Assembly (NCBI GenBank): GCA_951406725.2 | Contig: OX597833.1 | Span: forward strand, 42,284,001-42,348,000 | Origin: Octopus vulgaris | Taxonomy: Eukaryota | Reading direction: 5' to 3' | DNA length: 64,000 nt | Part shown: in pieces, positions 25,801 to 38,520 of the stretch | Layout: every line of letters starts with the position of its first letter | Numbering within the stretch: position 1 is the first letter of the stretch | Translations under genes and position numbers: made by a program | Notes under the pieces: model-generated | What the model saw: the letters and a program-made list of their open reading frames with translations, nothing else | Told to the model about the DNA's origin: nothing | Database searches by the model: none

Positions 25801-26877
25801 TCTATGATCTATAATCTGAGTCACAGAAGAAAGCTTTCCTGTGCATACATTTGACTACTTCTGTTAACTTATCCAGGAAATTTTTCATATAGTGTATATT
25901 ACATGAAGTAAGAATGTTCTTTGTGGAGTGGGTTTAGCTGTATAGATCAATACTTCATACTATAGATTTTGGTCTGCCATATAATATGCTGTAATATATC
26001 ACAAATCATCAGATGTGATTTATAATAGGGAAGTGCAATGGACACCAACACAATATGCTTTACATATACAAGAAAAGGCATAAATAATGGTCTATACATA
26101 TTTCTTTATTTGTGCATTTTTCTCATACAGCTGTTTTTGATATGCATTACAGGTGTGTTTATGGTTCTATTTACTCATTTGGCCTCATTATTAAATACGT
26201 AAGACCCATAATGTGCAACTGAAGTGTTAAGACTGATCCTTTTAGTGGTGTAAAGCACTTGTGGAAGTGCCATGTAAAAGTACTCACGTGATGTCATGTA
26301 AAAGTGCCTGTGTGCTGCAACATTAAAGTGCCCATGCAGTGTCATGTAAAAGCACTCAGCACACTCTGTAAAGTGGTTGGTGTTAGGAAGGGCATCCAGC
26401 TATAGAAACCTATGCCAAATCAGACTGGAGCTTAGTGTGGCTTGCCAGCTCTGGTCACACCATCCAACTCATGCCAGCATGGACAATGGACGTTAGATGG
26501 TGATGATGATATGTGTGCATGTATTTATTTCATCATCATCATCATCATCGTTTAACGTCCGTTTTCTGCGCTAGCATGGGTTGGACGGTTCGACCGGGGT
26601 CTGGGAAGCCAGGGGCTGCAGCAGGCTCCAGTCTGATCTGGCAGTGTTTCTACAGCTGGATGCCCTTCCTAACGGCAACCACTCCGTGAGTGTAGTGGGT
26701 GCTTTTTACGTGCCACCGGCACAGGTGCCAGGGGAGTCTGGCATCGGCCGGAGTCTGGCACCATATACATATATAGGTCTTCTGGATTCAGTGTTAAGGA
26801 CTTACAAGAACAACATAGTTTTCTTTTCATTCCTTCAGCATTTATCTTTTGCTTTTTTTTTTTCTCTCTCTCTTCAG

Positions 26878-27234
26878 GGAATTTCAATGATGACGGCAAC
26901 TGCTCTTGCTGCAGCCCAACAGCAACAGCAACAACAGCAGCAAGCAGCTGCAGCAGTGGCTGCAGCAGCATCAGTTGTAACACAACCACCAGTGAATATA
27001 GTTGGTCAAAGTGGAGGACAGGTAGTGAGTAGTAGTACAGCAGTTCAACTAACAACAACACCACAGACAATTAGTACCCAATCAGTTCCTTCCATCACAA
27101 CAACGGCCACAACACCGTCTACTGCTACTGTTAGTGCAATGTCAGCTGGTTCAACTGGAACTAACACTACAAATTTGACCTCATCAATCTTAGTGTCTTC
27201 CCCGTCACCATCACAAGTCCCCCTTCCAATCCAG
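26878..27234 (+). CDS. POU2 exon e (GISMMTATALAAAQQQQ...SPSPSQVPLPIQ)
   Basis: Strong polypyrimidine tract plus cttcag, GTAATT donor, 357 nt phase 0-0, Q/A/T/S-rich. Confidence 0.85.
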
Positions 27235-27329
27235 GTAATTATCTTCATTACATGATGGCAAACTTTTGATTTCTAACATTGGCACAATGCCACAAAATTT
27301 TTTTGGGGGTTGGAAGTTATATTGATCCT

Positions 27330-27647
27330 AACATGTAATTGAGTGGTTGTATACTGTCAGCTTAACGTGACAGTCCCGTATGGGAATTACACCACCGCTG
27401 TTTAGCCCTAGGAAGCATCGAACACTTCCTGTCGGCTTTGACACATTTCCTGTGTCCTTATGTTTGTGAAGGGGAGGCAAGCACCCCCACCAGCCAAGAT
27501 TCACACCTGAGGACATGCATGTTTCTGGGTCTTAGCCCGTCATCAGCCCAGGAGAGTGAGGTCTGCTGACTGAGGTGCCCGTCCAGCCTTCACAAACATA
27601 TATATTTACAGTGAAATCTATTCACTGATCACCGAACATGTAATTGG
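27330..27647. mobile_element. ~300-bp insertion with 12-bp target-site duplication, nested in an old SINE B
   Basis: AACATGTAATTG at 27330-27341 and 27636-27647; the two flanks join into a degenerate SINE B. Confidence 0.6.
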
Positions 27648-30324
27648 TTGTTTATCTATTGACTTCAGAGGAAGGAAAATGAAGTCAGTCTCTTTGAGAT
27701 TTAAACTCGGAACATAAATGAGCTGCAACTGACTACTAGAAAGCCTTTTGCATGTCATTCTGTTGATGCCATCAACCTTATCAGCATTTAGTCAGGCATG
27801 CTACTGAACCTGTCAGTGTACTTGTAAGAAATTATTGAACAAATAATGTTAAGCTCTCACACTCACAATGATTTTTGAATATCTTAGCAAACTCCTAATA
27901 AAATATTTATAAAAACTGGGGTGCACAGGATTAAAGCTAATCTGGCTGATCCCTCATTTTCTTTTCATGATGATATTGTGTATAGAGATGAGGTCTTTAC
28001 ATCTATTTATACATACAGTGTTGACTAAAATCTATAGATATATTCTGTTCTGTAGAATAATATAGAATTGAAATAGAACAATGCTGATGCTCCAGTAATT
28101 TATTAATTAAGCTATTTTCCAAGAATGTGTTATAAATACAAAATGCTCTAGCCAGTTTGTTTAAGCCCTTAGAAATAGAAGGTTTATAAGCAATATCTTC
28201 GTAGACAGTTAACTCATTTGACACCAATTTGACTGAGAATGCCCTTAGTATAGTGATATAAACTTCCTGTTTTAAAGTGAGCTAAATTAAAACCATCCAT
28301 CAGAATTTCATATTAAGTTCCAAACACTAGCTTAATAATGACCAAGTTAATTTTCCAAATTATTCATTATTTTTTAAATGAATTGAAACAAAGGCACTGT
28401 ATTTCAAGAATATAGTAACAAATAGGGTACTAGGTCACTGATGAAACCTAAATTCCGGATTGAAACTTATCTGGCTTGTCCTTCTCTTTCCATCTGTGAA
28501 GATATTGTATGTACAGGATAGGTGTTTACATCTGTCTCTACATACAATTTTGGCTTAAATATACAAATATATTGTGTTGTACAGTATAAAAACAGACATT
28601 ATTACCAGGAATATGGAGTAATCAAAAGCTAGAGGCTGTAGATATATTGTTGGGACTGTAATATACGAATCACAGCTGAATTTACTAGCGCTGGCATCAG
28701 ATCTCAGATAGAAGCAACTGAAGAAAGCTAAATACCAGGACTTGATTGATGAAGCTCTTGTTGAAGGATGACATGCAGCTTCATACCCTATTGAAGCTGA
28801 CTGTCATAGTTAACTATCAAGATTAGTGTGCTTTTTCTAGCAGAAGATAGGTTTGGAACTCAGAAAACTGAAGAAAACCTCTTGAGTGCTAGTCATGGCA
28901 GCTGAGACCAGCTTCAGACGTTGTGGTTGACAAGGGGCCGCAGATGGAGTTCTTTGTAGATGAAGGTTAATTCAGTCCTCGTCTCACTCAAAGTAAACAG
29001 GCTAAAGGACAGAAGGTGTCTCAGGGTTATGATCCTGAGGGTACCTTCCAAAGATACAGAAGGATTTCAAGTAATGTGATAGTTTTAGTCACCATCCGGA
29101 TAAGAGTGTGTAACACCTTTAATTAACTCCTGCAGTTTTTGCTTGGGGCTAAGCTTCTTTGTTTATTTCACTTGCAGTAGTAGAATTGGTAACATATGAA
29201 AGGGTTAATATTATAAAATAAAGGCTGTGGGCTGACAGAATCGGTGAAGCTTCATTAGAAAGTCTTTTTACATTATAAGTTCTACTCAGCCTTTCATTGG
29301 TGCAGGATTAAGAAAATAAAACTAGCCATGCACTAGTGTTGATGTAATTGACTATTTACATTCTCAAATTTGAGGATGTGTCAATTAAAAGTGAAGTATT
29401 TAGCAAAATTTGAAAACATAAAAAAAAAAAAAACTGCTTAAAATTGTTTAAACAACTGTTTTGCAATGCTTATCACATACCGCCTGAAAAAATGCAAGCC
29501 ATTCCTGGTCTTATTTATTTTACTATCACCAAACAAAAGAGGAAAGATTAATATACAAAAAAATTAATACATATTTAAAGGCTTTTTAAAAAAGAAAACT
29601 ATGATATTCATTTCTAACATTGATAAGGGTTCCAGACTGGTGATGCAAATTCCAGGTGAGGTCGCACCATAGCTATATAAAACTGCAGACTTATACTAAT
29701 GTTACTTTACATTTTGAGTTAAAATCCTGCTGAAACTATCTTTTATTTCCTGGGTTGTTGGAAGGAGAATGAGTTAAATTGTACTGGGATCAATTCAGAT
29801 ATTCATATCCTACTTAGACTAATTTATAGTCATGACCTGTCAAAATTATCAATCCAGAAATCACTTCTAATGTTATAAGAACAATCCATTGTTCAGACCT
29901 AAAATTATGCAGCAATGTGAAAACTTAAATGTTCTTATTTATCCTCAGTTAAATGTGAATGTACTGTTAGAACAAACTATACTGTGGAAGTTATAATGCG
30001 AGAGACTCTCATATTGGCTTTTGGTGCAAAATGTACTCTTGTTTATGAGAGTTTCTCTCATGGTAACTACTGCAATATAGTTTGTTCTATCAAAACATCC
30101 ATGTTTAAGCGGGGTTACATTTTACCTCTTGGTTGAAATCAATACTTGCTTTGTTGCTAATAGATATTTTTAAAAATGTTCTTGTTCAATGAATACTCAT
30201 GAAGTTTATTTCATATTCTTAGCAATTGGTTCAAGTATTGCTTTATAAAGTGAATGTATACCCTTATTGGTTTCTTGCTGAAAGATTTGTTTTAGTTTTC
30301 CAGAGTTTTGCCATGGCAATCCAG

Positions 30325-31142
30325 GTATCTATTCCTTTTGAATGGCAGTTTTCAACACAATTTCTAGTTAACTAAACACTTTTAAACTTCATATACTGAT
30401 AGAATGTGTTTATAAAACATAATTTTTTCTTGGCTTTATTTAGAAAATTCTATATGTTGTATGATATTTCGACTTTAATTTCGAGCATTTCGGCAATTTT
30501 AACCAATCAAATACGTCCATTTAGGTAAACAACATTCCGTGCTGTATGAATATGTCCCTCCTTTAAGAAACAGATTGGGTTTATTTACATTTGCGAAGAA
30601 AAAAAGATACCCTTCCTCCACCCCTAACCCTAACCCCACCCCTAACCCTAACTCTAACTAACCCTAACCCTAAAACAGATTTAAATGCAATAGATCGATA
30701 CTAGGGTTATAATTATGGGTGACAATTTCATACGACACCGCTATGGAAAATGGGATTTTTTTCTAGCGGTGTCAAATGAAAATGTCACCCATAATTATAA
30801 CCCCAGTATCCATCTATTGCATTTCAATCTGTTTTAGGGTTAGGGGTGGGGGAAGGGTATCTTTTTTTCTTCACAAATGTAAATAAACCCAATCTGTTTC
30901 TTAAAGGAGGGACATATTCATACAGCATGGAATGTTGTTGACCTAAATGGACGTATTTGATTGGTTAAAATTGCCGAAATGCTCGAAATTAAAGTCGAAA
31001 TATCTTACAAACTATAGAATTTTCTCAATAAGGCCAAGAAATAATGTTGTTTTATAAACACATTCTACCAGTATATGAAGTTTAAAAGTGTTTAGTTAAC
31101 TAGAAATTGTGTTGAAAACTGCCGTTCAAAAGGAAAAGATCC
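30325..31142. mobile_element. Palindromic (inverted-dimer) non-autonomous DNA transposon with 8-bp TSD and internal (CCCTAA)n
   Basis: ~400-bp arms are reverse complements; CAATCCAG at 30317-30324 and 31143-31150; monomer relative at 62649-63052. Confidence 0.85.
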
Positions 31143-31369
31143 CAATCCAGTTATAATAGTTACATCCTAGAAGAGCCTTTGTAGCAATTCAAAAATACAT
31201 ATGCTGTTATATTCGCTTATGTTTGTAATTCTGTTGGAGCATTATATACTAAAAAGTATTTAAAGATTTTATTGACTTGGTCACCAACACTATTCCAGTT
31301 GCCAGACATGTAGGGATCCAGCTACATTTTTCTTTTCTTTTTTTTTTTTTATTTCTTTTAATCTTGTAG

Positions 31370-31442
31370 TCTGAAGAAAGCATCGACTTAGAAGAACTGG
31401 AGCAATTTGCAAAGACATTCAAACGTCGACGAATAGAACTTG
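31370..31442 (+). CDS. POU2 exon f, start of the POU-specific domain (SEESIDLEELEQFAKTFKRRRIELG)
   Basis: Long polypyrimidine tract plus ttgtag, GTAAGT donor, phase 0-1; canonical DLEELEQFAKTFK motif of class-2 POU. Confidence 0.97.
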
Positions 31443-31457
31443 GTAAGTATGTGATTG

Positions 31458-31679
31458 CTTACTCTTTTACTTGTTTCAGCCACTTGACTGCAGCCATGCT
31501 GGAGCAACGCCTTTTTTTTTTTAATCGAGCAACTCGACCCCGGGACTTATTCTTTTGTAAGCCCAGTACTTATTTTATCGGTCTCTTTTGCCGAACCGCT
31601 AAGTAACGGGGACATAAACACACCACCATCGGTTGTCAAGCAATGCTAGGGGGACAAACACAGACACACAAACACACAT

Positions 31680-31718
<39 letters not shown>

Positions 31719-31882
31719 TACGACGGGCTTCTTTCAGTTTCCATCTACCAAATCCACTCACAAGGCTTTGGTCGGCCCGAGGCTATAGTAGAAGACACTT
31801 GCCCAAGGTGCCATGCAGTGGGACTGAACCCGGAACCATGTGGTTGGTAAACAAGCTACTTACCACACAGCCGCTCCTGCGC
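31458..31882 (-). mobile_element. SINE family A, full length, starting 15 nt after the POU exon donor
   Basis: Reverse-complement full copy. Confidence 0.9.
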
Positions 31883-32246
31883 TTGTTAACATTTTGATGG
31901 AGTTTTGTGGAGAACTCATCTTTATACTTTCTGAATACCATTTCACATTTCTGTTGTTTCTTGGTTATTTTCTGGGAAGAATATCAATTAAATGTCCTCT
32001 TTAGCTTGTGTTTTAATTTTTGTTACACAAACTCTAACTGCTGCTTACTTAGTGGAATTACATGGTTCCAGGTTCAGTCCCACTGCATGGCACCTTGAGC
32101 AAGTAACTTCTACTATAGCCCCAGGCCAAACAGAGCCTTTTGAGTAGATTCAGTAGATGAAAACTGAAAGAAGCCTGCTGTGTGTGTGTGTGTATATGTA
32201 TGTATGTGTGTATGGGTGTGTATCTATCTGTCTGTCTACCCATCCT

Positions 32247-32294
<48 letters not shown>

Positions 32295-34148
32295 TCCATA
32301 CGTGCTTACATATGAGTGTTTGTGTCTCCTTGGCTTGATATTGTGTGATAGTTATAAAATGAATGTCGCTGTCCTACAAGCAATTTCATTCATTTCCAGT
32401 ATTCCACAAGAACATGCCTGGCCATGGGGATATATTACCCTACTTGCAGATAGGTGAGAGTTGCAACAAGAAGAGCATCTGGCCAGAGAAAATCTGCATG
32501 AATAAACTCCATCCAACCCATACAAGCATGGAAAAAATGACATTAAAATAATGATTATGATGATAATCCAGTCAAGGATTGCCATTAGATTTCACTAACA
32601 ATATCCTGTACAACTTTAAGTAATATTAGCTAGGAAAAGTACTTCTCTAACTCACCAATTCTACATTCTTTGACCCCAGAGGAGGAGGAGGGGACCTAAA
32701 TTTATACCAATATATACTTTGATTTTTTGGACATCCAGAAGTATATATTTTAATTTTACCTGGTATAATTTCTCACATTGATTCTCACTATTTATTAAAA
32801 AACCAAAATAAAACCCCCCCAAAACAAAAGAAAAACATGTAGAAGACTCAGAATAATTAATGCTACACAATCCATTGACCTGTTAGGATTTATTGTATGA
32901 GTATATATATATATATACACACTTGGTGTAGACATTGATACATGAGCTTACTTTATAGTTGCTACAATATTATTTCTTTATTACCCACAAGGGGCTAAAC
33001 ACAGAAGGGACAAATAAGGACAGACAAACGGATTAAGTCGATTGTATTGACCACAGTGTGTAACTGGTACTTATTTAATCAATCCTGAAAGGATGAAAGG
33101 CAAAGTCGACCTCGGCGGAATTTGAACTCAGAACAGAGCAGCAGACGAAATACCGCTTAGCATTTCGCCCGGCATGCTAACGATTCTGCCAGCTCGCTGC
33201 CTTATAGTTGCTACAATATGTGATCCCAACAGGAATTAAAGTATTCAGAGAGTCAATTCAACTTCAGCTTAAGTCTATAGGATACGTCATATTTGAGGAA
33301 AACTAGATGGTAAAGAATGGACTCTAATTTTATATATTACAATGGGTTCAAAGAGAAATATCTTAGATAACTTAGTTGATCTTCTGTGGTGTCATTGAGC
33401 AGGTCTAGCTAAACCTTAGTCTGTGACAATAATTGTAATATGTGCTGCCTTACAAGTCTGGTCATATTTGGTCTGTAATAAGACAGAGACACTAGGTATC
33501 ATTGGCGTCGGCGTCATTTAGGATCTGTTTTCCATGCTGGCATGGATTAGATGATTTGACTGGAACTAGTAAGCCAGAGCTGCCCCAGACTCCAGTCTGT
33601 TTTGCCTTGGATTCTACGGCTGGATGCCCTTCCTAATGCCAACCACTCCACAGAGTGTACCAGGTGCTTTTTGTATGTCACATTAAAGGCACCCATACTG
33701 GTGACAAGTAAAAGACACTCAGTACATTCTGTGAAGTGGTTGGCGTTAGGAAAGACATCCAGCCATAGAAGCCATGCCAAATCAGACTGGAGCCTGGTGC
33801 AGCTCTCCAACTTACCAGTTCCAGTCAAACTGTCTAACTCATGGCAGCATGGGAAATGGACATTAAAGGATGATGATGATGAGTATTGTGTTTCTGTCTT
33901 TTGTTGTACTTCTTTCTTTGCTGGTATATATATATATATATATCACCGTGACTGAGCAGGCCAACAGAAGAAAGAGTGAGAGAAAGATGTGGGGAAAGAG
34001 TACAGCAGGGATTGTCACCATCCCCTGCCGGAGCCTCGTGGAGCTTTAGGTGTTTTTGCTCAATAAACACTCACAATGCCCAGTCTGGGAATTGAAACCA
34101 CGATCCTACGACTGTGAGTCCGCTGCCCTAACCATTGCGCCTCCTCCC

Positions 34149-34182
<34 letters not shown>

Positions 34183-34840
34183 CGAAGACTGCAAGTTAGC
34201 TTAATTATACATCTTTGCTTTGCTGGATAACCATTTTGGTTGTGATGGTGATGATGGTAATAATGGTTTTGGTGATTTTAATGGTTGTAGTTCTAGTGCT
34301 AGTAGTAATAGTTATAATTTTAGTGTTTACAGTAATAGTAGTTTTAGTGGTAATGGTGGTTGTCATAGTAATAATTTTAGAGGTGATGATAGCAGAAGTT
34401 GTTGTACTGGCAGTCTAACAACAATAATTGTTCATCTAGCCATGAGGACAAAAATCTGTAGATAAAGTGTATTGATTCTCATAAGTGCAGGTATGGCTGT
34501 GAGATTAAGAAGCCTGCTTTGTGACCATGTGGCTTCAAGTTCAGTCCCACTGTGCAGCACCTTAGGCATGTGTCTTTTACTTTAGCTCCAGACCAACCAA
34601 TGAGTTTTGTTGATGGAAAATCTGTAGAGGCCCATTGTAGAATAAGTTCTAGATTTAAAAAAGAAAATGGAAAGTATTGAGGTCAATTTGCCACTAATAT
34701 AGATGTTAAAATTCCGTTTGAAGTTTTGTATTTGTGTATTTTCCTTTGTGTGTGTGTGCATAGCAAGTCATTCTATGTGAACTTATTTTAAAGTTGATAT
34801 TTTTTCTTCAAATCTCATTCATTTAAACTTCTTCTTTTAG

Positions 34841-35823
34841 GTTTCACGCAAGGAGACGTTGGCTTAGCGATGGGCAAATTATATGGACATGATTTTAGCC
34901 AAACTACAATATCCCGTTTTGAAGCTCTTAACCTCAGTTTTAAAAATATGTGCAAACTAAAGCCCCTTCTGCAGAAATGGTTAGCAGATGCTGATTCTAT
35001 ATCTTCAAATCCTTCTTCTGTTCCGGGTTCTCCTGTTACGGCAGAATCCATTGGTCGCCGGCGCAAGAAGCGGACCAGCATAGAGTCATCAATTCGTGTA
35101 GCATTGGAGAAGAGTTTTATCCAGAACCCCAAACCATCTTCGGAAGAGATCTCAATGCTGGCTGACAACCTCACAATGGAGAAGGAAGTTGTTCGTGTCT
35201 GGTTCTGCAATCGGCGTCAAAAAGAGAAGAGGATAAATCCACCCAGCTCACTGACTGGGCCGCAACTGCAAATTGTGCACAATTTAACAAATGCTGACCG
35301 TAACATTGTCAGTGCAGTCCAACCACCCATGACCTCTGCCCAAATTATGAATAGTGTACTCTCTAATGTGACAGCAGCAGCCAATGGTCGCACCGCTACA
35401 AATACTACAACTGCTACTACCACTACTACAGGCAGAGAATATGTGACTACTGCCAATAACACCACTATTACAACTACTTCCAACAATGCTGTTGTTAATA
35501 ATAGTACAGCAATGACGTCACTAGTAACATCAATCCCAACACTAACTGTAAGTACCCCACTGAACATGAGCACAGGGACAAACCTGGTGCTTGCTGCCAG
35601 TCACACTGAACGGAATTCCTCATCAGTCAGTGAAGCTGGCACACACATCACCACTACCTCACCTTCATCATCCACACAATCACCATCTTTTACCATAGCT
35701 ACCACTGCCACTTCATCTTCTGGACTAACGCTTTCTCTTGGCACACAGTCGTCAGCTTCATGTAATCCGAACCACGTTTCTATAGCAACAAGCTTAGACA
35801 GTCACTCGAGTGAAGTGTCATAG
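34841..35823 (+). CDS. POU2F1: POU class 2 transcription factor (Oct1/POU2F1, nubbin/pdm-like) last exon: POU-specific domain, homeodomain, S/T-rich tail
   Basis: cttttag acceptor in phase 1 gives [48 protein letters not shown] and [10 protein letters not shown]...[21 protein letters not shown]; stop TAG at 35821-35823. The symbol denotes the POU2 orthology group. Confidence 0.96.
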
Positions 35824-36249
35824 CCAAGCTCTGCCTTGTACTTGACTTGAGCAACACTCACTAATGAGAGTGTTTTATAATATTGTTTGTCTGCCAGTGT
35901 GGAAGTTTTTCTTTTTTTTTTTTCTGTATTGATGCATGTCTGAGCATTGGTGTAAATGTGAATGCTGCCACATTCTGTGTGCAACCTTGTCTACCTCTTA
36001 ACTACTTAACCACAAATTTGAACTATTAGCTGTTGCTATACACATAGCACAGCTCAACAGTGCAGTACTCTATCTTATTACAACAATACAATACAGTACA
36101 GGTTTTCACATTATTTCAACACATGTAATATATATATATAATTTAAAAATAGGATAAAATCTTCATAAGAAATTATCAAGTAGTTAGCGTGAAAAACCTC
36201 ATAAGAGAAAAAATCTGTAAATTTTTTCCACTTGAATATATTTATTTAT

Positions 36250-36450
36250 ATTATATAGAGGGCATTATTACACATAAATGCTGCACGCTAGGATGGACTC
36301 TTAAAGTCAAAACTACCAAAATAAACATATCGTACCGAATGCAAGTCTCGAAGCAAGTCATTTAAAAACAGAATTCTGTTTTTAAATGACTTGCATTCGG
36401 TACAATATGTTTATTTTGGTAGTTTTGACTTTATGTGTAATAATGCCCTC

Positions 36451-36458
<8 letters not shown>
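36250..36458. repeat. Spacer-less palindrome centred on GAATTC (36371-36376), between (TA)n tracts
   Basis: ATATAGAGGGCATTATTACACATAAA...TTTAAAAACAGAATTCTGTTTTTAAA...TTTATGTGTAATAATGCCCTCTATAT; the left arm carries two extra blocks. Confidence 0.85.
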
Positions 36459-36500
<42 letters not shown>

Positions 36501-36570
36501 GCACATATACATAAACATGTGCATGTTTATAAGCACACACATACAAACAAGAAAAAGTTATTCAGTATCT

Positions 36571-36606
<36 letters not shown>

Positions 36607-36834
36607 TGATGATGATGATGATGATGATAACAATAACAACAACAGATAAAACAAATTTTTACCTTTGTTTACTCCAAGTTTCCCATTACCTCTTATTTAA
36701 AGCAACTGATATCTTTATACGAAATTTACAGGCTGATGTGGTCAAGAAAGTATTAGTCAAAATAGAATTTATAAATACTAAGATACAAACGTATATATAT
36801 GTTAGTTGAACAAGCTATTTATATATATATATAT

Positions 36835-36872
36835 ACTAGCAGCATAGCCCGGCGTTGCCCGGGTATGTAAGA
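36835..36872 (-). mobile_element. Helitron-like 3' terminus
   Basis: rc shows GC hairpin CCCGGGCAACGCCGGG followed by CTAG-T; a similar end lies on + at 49943-49975. Confidence 0.55.
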
Positions 36873-37169
36873 AACTTTGTCGATACACTTAAGTAGGCAG
36901 AGTGAGATAAAGAGAATGAAAGAGAGCAGGACTGGGGGAAAGAAACAGGAAGTGGAGAAATAAAAGAAGAAAATTGTAACAGTAAGAAAATAATGGCTTG
37001 TAGGCTTGGTGGCTGTGTGGTAAGCAGTTTGCTTCCAAGCCAGATGGTTCCTGGTTCAGTCTCACTGCATAGCACTTTTGGCAAGTGTCTTCTACTATTG
37101 TCATAAACCGGCCAAATCCTTGTGAGTAGATTTGGTGCACCGAAACTAAAAGAAAGCCGTCATGTATTG

Positions 37170-37202
<33 letters not shown>

Positions 37203-38129
37203 AAATCAAAATCAAATTTGATGACTGGCGTCCGTGCTAGCGGGGTGCATAGAGCACCATACGAGTGTGATCATTGACAGAGCGGCTAACCAGCTTCCGT
37301 GCCAGTGGCATTTAAAAGGCACCATTCGAGCGTGATCATTACCAGCATCGCCCTACTGGCACTTGAGCCCTGTGCTAGTAGGGTATTAAGAGCACCATCC
37401 GAGCGTGATCGTTGCCTGAGTGGCTATCTGGCCTCCGTGCCGGCGGCACGTAAAAGACACCATTCAAGCATGATCGTTACCAGCATCACCTTACTAACAC
37501 CTGTGCCGGTGACATGTGTAAAAGATTCAAGTGAGGTCGTTGCCAGTACCGCCTGAGTGACTCCGTGCCAGTGGCACGTAAAAGCACCCACTACGCTCTT
37601 GGAGTGGTTGGCGTTAGGAAGGGCATCAAGCTGTAGAAACTCTGCCAGATCAAGATTGAAGCCTGGTGCAGCCATCTGGTTTGCCAGCCCTCAGTCATTC
37701 CTCCAACCCATGCTAGCATGGGAAGCGGATGTTAAACGATGATAATGATGATATATATAAACAGGCTTCTTTCAGTTTCTGTCTCCCAGATCCATACACA
37801 CATATATATTATATGTATGTGTTTGTGTTTCTTTCCCACCACTGCTTGACAACTGGTGTTTGTTTGTTTATGCCCATGTAACTTAGTGGTTCAGTAAAAA
37901 GACTTATAGAATATGTGCCAGACTTAAAAAGGAAATGAGTATTGGGGTCAATTTGTTTGACAAAACCCGTCAAGGCAGTGCCTCAGCATGGTTGCAGTCC
38001 AATGACTGAAACAAATAAAAGATAAGAGTTAAGAAAGTGCAAGAGAAAATGAGTGGGAGAGAGAGAGAGAGAAGATAGTAAGAAGTATGTATCATGGAGT
38101 ATTAATATAATTGATACAGTAAGGTTATA

Positions 38130-38520
38130 AGTTAAGTTAAGTTAATTTTTGGCCCATAAAGCAAAAAGCAAGGCCATGTAGGGGGACATGGAGTTATGTA
38201 CAGGGAGGGTGTTCATGCAAAGAGTTCAGGCCATTTCTGGTTAAGAGAGACTTCGAACCGAGCGGTCGTCGGCATCTTCTCTATCTCGTCCGGCAGCTTA
38301 TTCCACGGATTCGCAACCCGGACGGAGAATTGTGGGTTGGTGGCATTTAATAGAGAAGAGCACAACATTGAGAAAGATGGTACTTGTGAAAGAGGGGAGG
38401 AGTTGAAAAACACTGAAGGAAAAATTGGGAAAGAGTGTGTGGAAATAGAAAGAAAATTCTATGGAAAGAAAGGAAATCTCAATTGAAGAGGAGGACGGAA
38501 AGGTCATAAAAAAGAGAAAG
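38130..38520 (-). mobile_element. CR1/L2-type LINE 3' fragment
   Basis: FSVRVANPWNKLPDEIEKMPTTARFEVSLNQKW plus (TTAAC)n tail. Confidence 0.75.

Noticed and set aside
26581-26877. 5' part of the 224-aa ORF as POU2 coding sequence
   Set aside because: It is family C repeat plus polypyrimidine tract; the real exon starts at 26878
30622-30673. Interstitial telomere / chromosome fusion scar
   Set aside because: The CCCTAA units are an internal part of a MITE also seen at 62940-62951
34215-34465. Hydrophobic Val-rich ORF
   Set aside because: Degenerate (GTN)n trinucleotide repeat with no splice support
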